The notes beneath the pieces are model-generated. The model did not search any database, was not told where the DNA came from, and was given only the letters and a program-made list of their open reading frames with translations. Of a DNA stretch of 63,861 nt, positions 56,808-63,861 are shown one piece after another. The position numbers were made by a program, and so were the translations under genes. This DNA is from Halothiobacillus sp. (GTDB taxonomy: Bacteria; Pseudomonadota; Gammaproteobacteria; Halothiobacillales; Halothiobacillaceae): assembly GCF_027346185.1 (NCBI RefSeq), contig NZ_DAIESY010000042.1, positions 1 to 63,861 on the forward strand, written 5' to 3'. Every line of letters begins with the position of its first letter. The stretch's first letter is position 1.

Positions 56808-58760
56808 TTACTTACCGAGCAGTTGCTCCAGAATGGCGGGATTTTCCAGTGTGGAAACGTCGCCCTGCGGGAGTTCGCCGATGGCGATGCCGCGCAACAA
56901 CCGGCGCATGATTTTCCCCGAGCGGGTTTTGGGTAGATTATCGCCAAAACGGATGTCATCAGGTTTCGCGATGGGGCCAATTTGCTCGGCGACCCAGTCG
57001 CGCAGGGTCTTGACCATGGCATCGGCTGCGTCGCCTTGTGGCCGATCGCCCTTGCAGACGACGAAGGCGACGATCGATTCGCCTTTGATGTCGTGCGGCT
57101 TGCCGACCACGGCTGCTTCGGCAACCAGCGGGTGAGCGACAAGCGCCGATTCGATTTCCATAGTACCGAGGCGATGGCCGGAAACGTTCAATACGTCATC
57201 GATACGACCCATGATCCAGAAATAGCCATCGTCATCACGGCGGGCGGAGTCACCGGCGAGGTAATATCCCTTGAGCTTCTCAGGGAAATAACCGCGTTTG
57301 AAGCGCGCGTCGTCACCCCAGATGGTGCGAATCATCGAAGGCCATGGCTTCTTGATGACCAGATTCCCGCCCTGATTGTGGCCCACGGGATTGCCCTCGT
57401 CATCGACGATGTCCGCGATGATGCCGGGCAGAGGACGTGTGCAGGAGCCGGGTTTGGTCGCGATGGCACCGGGCAATGGCGCAATCATGTGTGCGCCGGT
57501 TTCTGTTTGCCACCAGGTGTCGGCAATCGGGCAGCGCTCGCCGCCGATTACGCGGTGATACCACATCCAGGCTTCGGGGTTGATGGGTTCACCCACGGTG
57601 CCGAGCAGACGCAGGCTGGAAAGGTCGGATTTGGCCGGAACGTCATCGCCGAGCTTCATCAGGGCGCGAATGGCGGTCGGCGCGGTGTAGAACACGGAAA
57701 CTTTGTGGCGTTCGATCATCTGCCAGAAACGTCCACCGTCCGGGTAAGAGGGGATGCCTTCGAACATGACTTGAGTAACACCCAGCGCCAGCGGTCCGTA
57801 GGTAACGTAGCTGTGGCCGGTGATCCAGCCGACATCGGCGGTGCACCAGTACACATCGTCGTCGTTCAGGTCGAATACCCAGGCATTGGTCAGCGCCGCA
57901 TTGACGAGGAAGCCGCCGGTAGCGTGCTGTACGCCCTTGGGTTTGCCGGTGGAGCCGGAGGTGTACAACAGGAAAAGCGGGTGTTCGGCTTCCACCATCA
58001 CGGGGTCGCAGGTGGTTGACTGGCTGGCTGTAAGCGCGCTCCAGGCGACATCTGTGCCGGCGTTGAGCGCGGCATTGCCGAGGCGCTCGAATACCACGAC
58101 TTTCTCCACGCTGGGGCATCCGGCTTCGAGCGCCTTGTCGACGGCGGACTTGAGTGGAACGGTTCGTCCGCCACGCATGCCACCGTCGGCCGTAATGACC
58201 ATGCGGGCGCCTGTGTCGTTGATGCGATCACGCAGCGCTTCGGCCGAGAAGCCGCCGAATACGACCGAGTGAATGGCGCCAATCCGCGCGCAGGCGAGCA
58301 TGGCGATGCTGGCTTCGGGGATCATCGGCATGTAGATAATCACGCGGTCGCCTTGGGTGATACCGAGCGATTTGATGCCATTGGCAAGTTTGGCGACTTC
58401 ATCGTGCAACTGCTGATAGGTGATTTCCCGCACGCTGCCGTCGTCCGCTTCGGCAATGATCGCCACTTTCTGTGCCTTGGCGGGCAGGTGACGGTCGATG
58501 CAGTTCACCGACGCATTGAGTTTGCCATCGGTAAACCAGCGATAGTGCGGGGCATTCGAATCGTCGAGAATCGTGGAAAACGGCGTGTCCCAGGTCACGA
58601 ACTCGCGGGCTTGTCGAGCCCAGAAGCCTTCATAGTCGCTCTGGGCTTCGGCGACGAGTGCATTGTAGGCATCCAGGGAACCAATGCGTGCGAGGGCGGC
58701 AAACTCGGGGTTGGGTTGAAATACCCTGTTTTCCGTTAGAATCGATTCGAGATTATTCAT
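56808..58760 (-). CDS. acs: Acetyl-CoA synthetase
   Basis: [48 protein letters not shown]; ATG at 58760. Confidence 0.97.
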   Translation of the reverse strand: MNNLESILTENRVFQPNPEFAALARIGSLDAYNALVAEAQSDYEGFWARQAREFVTWDTPFSTILDDSNAPHYRWFTDGKLNASVNCIDRHLPAKAQKVAIIAEADDGSVREITYQQLHDEVAKLANGIKSLGITQGDRVIIYMPMIPEASIAMLACARIGAIHSVVFGGFSAEALRDRINDTGARMVITADGGMRGGRTVPLKSAVDKALEAGCPSVEKVVVFERLGNAALNAGTDVAWSALTASQSTTCDPVMVEAEHPLFLLYTSGSTGKPKGVQHATGGFLVNAALTNAWVFDLNDDDVYWCTADVGWITGHSYVTYGPLALGVTQVMFEGIPSYPDGGRFWQMIERHKVSVFYTAPTAIRALMKLGDDVPAKSDLSSLRLLGTVGEPINPEAWMWYHRVIGGERCPIADTWWQTETGAHMIAPLPGAIATKPGSCTRPLPGIIADIVDDEGNPVGHNQGGNLVIKKPWPSMIRTIWGDDARFKRGYFPEKLKGYYLAGDSARRDDDGYFWIMGRIDDVLNVSGHRLGTMEIESALVAHPLVAEAAVVGKPHDIKGESIVAFVVCKGDRPQGDAADAMVKTLRDWVAEQIGPIAKPDDIRFGDNLPKTRSGKIMRRLLRGIAIGELPQGDVSTLENPAILEQLLGK

Positions 58761-58927
58761 GACATACCCCTGAGTTTCTTTGACTGGCTTTCTGCATCGG
58801 TCCGCTGCGAATAACGCGACCTGTATGAGTGAACCCGTGATTTTGCCAAATGCGGGCCTCATTGACCATAGTTGGCTTACCAGATACCCCCAGAATCGTG
58901 CAGATTCAATTGAGTTAACCCTGATTA

Positions 58928-58960
58928 TTGAACATGAGTTTTGACCATGAGTTTTGAACA
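58928..58960 (+). repeat. 13-bp tandem repeat (2.5 copies) across the AAA+ start codon
   Basis: TTGAACATGAGTT / TTGACCATGAGTT / TTGAACA. Confidence 0.8.
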
Positions 58961-60056
58961 AACCATCCCCGCGCTCGATGCCCCCGCATTGGCCGAATTG
59001 CTATCCGAGACACTGACCGCTCCAGCGTGGGCGGTACCCTTGATGATCTGGGGTGCGCCGGGAATCGGTAAATCGGATCTCGTGCGCGAGGCGGCGGCGG
59101 TGCAGGGTTATCCATTGATCGACCTGCGGCTTTCCCAGCTCGAACCCACCGACCTGCGCGGCATCCCCTTGCACGACAACGGCAAGGTCCGCTGGATACC
59201 GCCGGATGAGCTGCCGGATGAATCCCGCGATGGCCCGCGTGGCGTATTGTTTCTGGACGAAATCAATGCGGCACCGCCGCCTGTGGCCGCAGCGGCTTAT
59301 CAATTGATTCTGGATCGGCGCTTGGGCGCTTACCGCCTGCCTGAAGGCTGGAGCATCGTGGCTGCGGGCAACCGCCTCGATGATCGGGGCATTACCTACG
59401 TGATGCCTGCGCCATTGGCCAACCGGTTCATGCATGTGGAACTACAGGCCGATGCCGATGCCTGGCTGGCGTGGGCTGCGCGGCAGGGTATTGAGCCCGT
59501 GCTGCGGGATTTTATGGCCGAACAGCCGCACTGGTTGGCGCGGTTTCTACCGGAGCCGGAGGTCAAGGCGTTCCCCAGCCCGCGTAGCTGGATGTTTGCC
59601 GATCGGGTGATCAAGCGGCGCGCCCTGCCCACTCTGACTGGGGCGGGTTCTTCCGGGCTCGATGAAACAACCCTGATTCATATCGCGGCCTGTGTGGGAC
59701 GCGAGGCGGCTGCGGCGTTGGCCGAATTTGTTGGCAGCGGCGAACAAGAGGGATTCTCGGTCGCCGGTTGGTTGAATGAGCCGGGCAGTCTGGCGCAACT
59801 GACCGATGTGTCCGCGCAAATGGATGCGGTCCGGGCCATTGTGGCAGCCCGGAATCAGGGGCGGATCCGTTCCGACGAGGCGCTGAAACTGGCGGTTGAG
59901 TTGCCGGATGATCGCCTCAGTTTCAGTTTGATCGAACAACTGCATCAGATCGAAGGGGATCGGTTGTTCGATGAGCCCGCCTTTTCGAACTGGGTGAGTG
60001 TGCGTGGTGCCAAGGCCCCTGTCGAAAGTTTTGTAGCGGCTCCAAGTGCCGGATGA
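58947..60056 (+). CDS. MoxR-like AAA+ ATPase
   Basis: Walker [15 protein letters not shown], Walker B LFLDE, AAGN, PLANRF, PSPRSW. Confidence 0.9.
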   Translation: MSFEQTIPALDAPALAELLSETLTAPAWAVPLMIWGAPGIGKSDLVREAAAVQGYPLIDLRLSQLEPTDLRGIPLHDNGKVRWIPPDELPDESRDGPRGVLFLDEINAAPPPVAAAAYQLILDRRLGAYRLPEGWSIVAAGNRLDDRGITYVMPAPLANRFMHVELQADADAWLAWAARQGIEPVLRDFMAEQPHWLARFLPEPEVKAFPSPRSWMFADRVIKRRALPTLTGAGSSGLDETTLIHIAACVGREAAAALAEFVGSGEQEGFSVAGWLNEPGSLAQLTDVSAQMDAVRAIVAARNQGRIRSDEALKLAVELPDDRLSFSLIEQLHQIEGDRLFDEPAFSNWVSVRGAKAPVESFVAAPSAG

Positions 60057-61188
60057 AACCCGTTGGCATCTGGCACGACGGGCGATGGCGGTTCGTTGGC
60101 CCGCCTTGATCCGTGCCTTGCCTGAACACTCTTTGGTGGTGCGGCAGGGTGGGGCGGTCGGGCTGGCAGATCGCGTTGTGGTGCTGCGGCAGGACTGGCT
60201 GGCGCAAGCAAGCACGCAAGAGTTACACCATGCGCTTTTACACCTGGCGGCGCATGCGGCGTTGGGGCATCGCACCTGGCGCTGGCATCCGGCTGCCGTT
60301 GATGCGCGGCTTGATGTTGAGGCAACCGATTTTCTGGTTTCTCTGGGTGTGTCCCCTGAGGCGGCCGGTTGGCATGATGATCATCATGGAACCTGGGCCG
60401 ATGTGCCCGTTCAACTGCCGGGCGAAAACCACAAGGCTCGCGCCGAGCCGGCGGGAAGCACGTCACGGGACGCAGCCGCATCTTGTGATATGACTTCGTC
60501 CATGGCAGAAGATGATTCCGATGAACCGATCGATTTCGATGCCCAGCAGGCCGCCAAGGTGGTAGCGGCGCGGCAATCCACCGATGGTCGATCATTCTCT
60601 GGTTTCAAGGGCTCGGCTGGCGCGCCGATAACGCGGGATGATGCGACCGACTGGCGCGCGGTGCTGGCGTTGTGGCTTGTATCGCGTGTTTATCAACGCT
60701 GGCAGTTCGATCGTCCGTCGCGTCGGCAGGTAGAGCCGTTCATTTTGCCCCGCCTGGCGGGGAAGAGGCTCAATCTGGTGTTGGCGCTGGATGTCAGTGG
60801 TTCGATTGATCCGGCTTGGGTGCGGCAATTTCTGTTTGACGCGGAACAACTCCGGGGGAAGGTGAATATGCAGTTGCGCCTGTTGACCTGCGATAACCGG
60901 ATTCATGACGATCGGATACTGTCGGGTGCGCTGACATTGCCGGAAACGGGCGGTGGCGGGACAGATTTTCGTCCGGTGTTTTCCCGTTTGCATGGCGATT
61001 CCGGTGTGGATGCCTTGGTCTATTGCACCGATCTTATTGGGCAGTATCCCGAGCAAGCGCCGCATTTCCCTGTGTTCTGGCTCGTGCCGTCTGCTCTGTT
61101 GCGTGCCACTCGCGGGCGGACTGCGGCAGTGCAACCACCGCCTTTCGGGCGTGTCTTGCCGATGATTGATCGAGGGGGCTTGCGTTGA
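60046..61188 (+). CDS. VWA-domain protein with degenerate N-terminal metallopeptidase-like domain (DUF2201-like)
   Basis: LHLAAHAALGH, acidic linker, DWRAVL, MIDAS residues LDVSGS...TCD...GGGGTDFRP...TD, PVFWL. Confidence 0.85.
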   Translation: MPDETRWHLARRAMAVRWPALIRALPEHSLVVRQGGAVGLADRVVVLRQDWLAQASTQELHHALLHLAAHAALGHRTWRWHPAAVDARLDVEATDFLVSLGVSPEAAGWHDDHHGTWADVPVQLPGENHKARAEPAGSTSRDAAASCDMTSSMAEDDSDEPIDFDAQQAAKVVAARQSTDGRSFSGFKGSAGAPITRDDATDWRAVLALWLVSRVYQRWQFDRPSRRQVEPFILPRLAGKRLNLVLALDVSGSIDPAWVRQFLFDAEQLRGKVNMQLRLLTCDNRIHDDRILSGALTLPETGGGGTDFRPVFSRLHGDSGVDALVYCTDLIGQYPEQAPHFPVFWLVPSALLRATRGRTAAVQPPPFGRVLPMIDRGGLR

Positions 61189-62120
61189 GTGCGCCAACCC
61201 GGCATGAAACACATGAGCGTGTCTTGCATGAGGATACGGCACGGCTGATCGACGAATTCATCAACGCGCTCTGGCTGGAAGAGGGCTTGAGCAAAAATAC
61301 GCAGAGCGCCTACCGCAGCGATTTGCGCCTGGCCGCGCTGGAGTGGCAGCGCGCCGGTTTGCGACTGAACGAAGCCTCGGCAGAGGATCTGCCCCGGCTG
61401 CTGGGTGAGCGGATGAGTTCCGGTCAATCGGCGCGCTCAATCGCCCGTTTGCGCTCATCCTTGAAGCGGTTTTTCGGCTGGTTGCGCCAACAGAATTTGC
61501 GCACGGATGATCCGACCACCGCCTTGGCCGCGCCTCGTTTGCCGCGCGCATTGCCCTACGCGCTTTCGGAAAACGAGGTCGAGCGTCTGCTCGACGCGCC
61601 GGATGTGTCCGAGCCCATCGGGCTTCGGGATCGGGCGATGCTGGAATTGCTGTATGCCAGTGGCCTGCGTGTGACGGAACTCATCGGCCTGCAATTTGGT
61701 CAGATCAACCTCGTGCAGGGTGTGTTGCGCGTGACGGGGAAGGGCAACAAGGATCGATTGGTGCCCATCGGCGATGAGGCGATCGTTTGGTTGAGTCGGT
61801 ACCTTCGCGAGGCGAGACCCGCGTTGCTGGGGCGACGGGAGTCCGCGAACGTCTTCGTCACCGAGCGCGGCAATGGTATGACGCGTCAGGCGTTCTGGTA
61901 CCGAATCAAGCACCACGCGCTCCAGGCTGGCTTGGCGCGGCTGCCCTCGCCGCATACCCTGCGTCATGCCTTTGCGACCCACTTGCTGAACCACGGGGCG
62001 GATTTGCGGGTATTGCAGATGCTGTTGGGACATGCGGATCTATCGACCACGCAGATTTATACCCACGTGGCGACCACGCGTCTTAAGGCATTGCACGCGC
62101 AGCATCATCCCCGTGGATAA
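61185..62120 (+). CDS. xerD: Site-specific tyrosine recombinase XerD
   Basis: LWLEEGLSKNT..AYRSDL, LELLYASGLRVTEL, GKGNK, TRQAFWYRIK, SPHTLRHAFATHLLNHGADLR, LGH, TTQIYTHV. Confidence 0.96.
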   Translation: MSAPTRHETHERVLHEDTARLIDEFINALWLEEGLSKNTQSAYRSDLRLAALEWQRAGLRLNEASAEDLPRLLGERMSSGQSARSIARLRSSLKRFFGWLRQQNLRTDDPTTALAAPRLPRALPYALSENEVERLLDAPDVSEPIGLRDRAMLELLYASGLRVTELIGLQFGQINLVQGVLRVTGKGNKDRLVPIGDEAIVWLSRYLREARPALLGRRESANVFVTERGNGMTRQAFWYRIKHHALQAGLARLPSPHTLRHAFATHLLNHGADLRVLQMLLGHADLSTTQIYTHVATTRLKALHAQHHPRG

Positions 62121-62171
62121 GCTATGCTGATTCCAGATTTTTACCTTGGTTTTTATTTAGAGTGATCTGAC

Positions 62172-62939
62172 ATGAGTTTTTCCCGTTCCGTGACTTTCCG
62201 CGCCCTGTTTTTGGGGGTGATGGCCACCTCGACCGTGATGGCATCCGTTTCGATGGCACGGGCCGATCAGGCCGGTGACGAGCAGACGATCCGCAAGGAG
62301 TTGGCTCAATCGATGGCCCAACTGCCGATCGACAGCGTGGCACCCACGCCCATCAAAGGGATCTACCAGATCGTCTCCAAAGGGCAGATTGCCTACGTTA
62401 CTGCCGACGGACGCTACCTGTTTGCCGGTAATCTGCTGGATCTCAAGAATCAGGTCAATCTGACCGAAAAAGTCCGGGATCAAGAGCGCGTCGCGCTACT
62501 GAAAACCGTGCCGGCCGATCACAAGGTCATTTTTGCGGCCGACGGCGCCAAAAAGGGCACGGTCACCATTCTGACCGATCCGACTTGCCCGTTCTGTGAA
62601 AAGCTGCACCAAGAAATCCCGGCCCTGCAAAAAGCCGGTATCGAGGTGCAAACCATCCTGACGCCCCGTGCAGGCAACGACTCGCCGGGCTATGTCGAGT
62701 CCTCGCAGATCATGTGCAGCAAGGACAAGATCAAGAACGTTGATATCGCGATGGCGCGCCAGCCCTTGTCGGGTGACGCCTGCAAGGACAGCATGATCGA
62801 CGCGAACATGGCGTTGGCAGAGCAGTTGGGCATGAGTGGCACGCCCTATATCATCCTGCCGGACGGCAGCGCGGTGCCGGGTTATCGTCCGGCGTCGATG
62901 TTGATCCCCGTGATTACCGGGCAGGCCGCTTCTCAGTAA
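62172..62939 (+). CDS. dsbC: Thiol:disulfide isomerase DsbC
   Basis: Signal peptide, dimerisation domain YVTADGRYLFAG, TDPTCPFC, GTP, PGY; follows xerD. Confidence 0.9.
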   Translation: MSFSRSVTFRALFLGVMATSTVMASVSMARADQAGDEQTIRKELAQSMAQLPIDSVAPTPIKGIYQIVSKGQIAYVTADGRYLFAGNLLDLKNQVNLTEKVRDQERVALLKTVPADHKVIFAADGAKKGTVTILTDPTCPFCEKLHQEIPALQKAGIEVQTILTPRAGNDSPGYVESSQIMCSKDKIKNVDIAMARQPLSGDACKDSMIDANMALAEQLGMSGTPYIILPDGSAVPGYRPASMLIPVITGQAASQ

Positions 62940-62994
62940 GTATCGGCTTGAGTTTCCTTTGTTGCCTCGGGGGGTAAACGCCCCCGTTTGCTGT

Positions 62995-63861
62995 TCAGCG
63001 GAATGCCTCGTCCTTAGTCTCCTTGATGGAGAACAGGCCGAGCAAGGTCAGCGCGGCTGCGGCCGAGAGGTAGTAGCCGACATAGTTGAGCCCATAGTGG
63101 CTGGCAAGCCAGGTGGCGGCATAAGGTGCGAGCGAGGCGCCAAAAATCCCCGATAAGTTAAAGGCCATTGAGGTGCCGGTATAACGAACTGTTGTGGGAA
63201 AAAGTTCGGAAAGCAGGGTGCCGAGCGGACCGTAGGACAACCCCATCAGCCCTAGTCCCAGCACCAGAAACACCACAACGCCCGTCAGATTGCCGGAACC
63301 GAACAGTGGAGCCAGCGCAAAGCCGAACAGGAAGATCCCCAGCGTCACCACGATCAGCGTCAAACGGCGACCGAAGCGATCCGCAATCAGGCTGGAAATG
63401 GGAATGGTGAGCGCAAAAAACAGCACGGCGAACAGTTGGGCGAACAGGAAAGTCTCACGACTGTAACCCAGGCCGTTCTTTGCTGTGCCGTAGGTCAATG
63501 CGAACACGGTCATCAGGTAGAACGTGACAAATGTGGCCAGTGCGATGACCGTGCCCGCAATCACGGGTTTCCAGTGGCTCTTGAATACCGTGGCAATCGG
63601 TGTTTTAACCCGCGTGTTTTGCTCGACCACTTCCTGGAACGCAGGGGTTTCGGTGATTTTCAGTCGGACGTACAACCCCACAATCACCAGTGCCGCGCTG
63701 GCAAGAAAAGGGATGCGCCAACCGAAATCGAAAAACTGCTGGTCGGTCAGGAATGCGGTGAGCAGCACAAAGGTGCCGCTGGAAAGTATGAAGCCGATGG
63801 GCGCACCCAATTGCGGGAACATGCCATACCAGGCCCGTTTCCCCGGCGGGGCGTTTTCGGT
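62995..63861 (-). CDS. MFS transporter, metabolite:H+ symporter family (5' part outside the window)
   Basis: ENAPPGKRAWYGMFPQLG, GWRIPFL, ADRFGRR, ELFPTTVRYTG. Confidence 0.92.
   Translation of the reverse strand, partial: TENAPPGKRAWYGMFPQLGAPIGFILSSGTFVLLTAFLTDQQFFDFGWRIPFLASAALVIVGLYVRLKITETPAFQEVVEQNTRVKTPIATVFKSHWKPVIAGTVIALATFVTFYLMTVFALTYGTAKNGLGYSRETFLFAQLFAVLFFALTIPISSLIADRFGRRLTLIVVTLGIFLFGFALAPLFGSGNLTGVVVFLVLGLGLMGLSYGPLGTLLSELFPTTVRYTGTSMAFNLSGIFGASLAPYAATWLASHYGLNYVGYYLSAAAALTLLGLFSIKETKDEAFR

Noticed and set aside
56708-57142. N-terminal extension of the cytochrome b ORF (possible acs frameshift fusion)
   Set aside because: Runs through the acs 3' end and its terminator; no slippery site seen.
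56982-58019. 345-aa ORF on the + strand
   Set aside because: Antisense shadow of acs.
58947-61188. AAA/VWA pair as the Rubisco activase CbbQ/CbbO
   Set aside because: Sizes and motifs differ (the VWA protein is only 380 aa and DUF2201-like) and no cbb or carboxysome genes are nearby.
61185-62120. Tyrosine recombinase as a prophage or island integrase
   Set aside because: It carries XerD-specific motifs and the usual xerD-dsbC linkage; no att sites or phage genes seen.
1-63861. CRISPR array, rRNA or tRNA genes
   Set aside because: No regularly spaced repeats or recognisable structural RNA genes found by eye; a covariance-model search would be needed to exclude small RNAs.

Overview
This 63.9 kb window is mostly core chromosome of a sulfur-oxidising gammaproteobacterium. 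A Halothiobacillus-like host is my inference from the stand-alone soxYZ and the gene order; it is not proven. Housekeeping blocks are: bioB/comF; rpmE2-nuclease; the minus-strand LysM-dprA-smg-topA-tsaC-hemF run divergent from def-fmt-rsmB-DUF4390-ntrY-ntrX-trkA-trkH; two lipid A acyltransferases; ttcA/pip; glyQS-plsC; trpDC-osmC; rplM-rpsI; acs; xerD-dsbC. Seven things stand out. (1) A complete sigma54 promoter architecture (-24/-12 element, IHF site, tandem palindromic enhancers) sits upstream of an isolated soxYZ, beside a sensor kinase/sigma54 activator pair and an orphan Zn-peptidase. (2) A MoxR-like AAA+ ATPase and a VWA protein whose metallopeptidase motif lacks its Glu are translationally coupled to xerD, with a 13-bp tandem repeat and uORF over the start codon. 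(3) An uncharacterised di-haem cytochrome c lipoprotein lies next to an IS630 end. (4) A FixL-type haem-PAS hybrid kinase is paired with a REC-degenerate GGDEF-EAL protein. (5) Two distinct MITE families carry 4-bp target duplications, one inserted at the bioB stop codon. (6) A terminator hairpin is encoded inside a signal peptide. (7) A candidate sRNA precedes rplM. I saw no rRNA, tRNA or CRISPR array. All calls come from motif recognition by eye, with no database searches. Several start codons were re-chosen from RBS or family N-termini.
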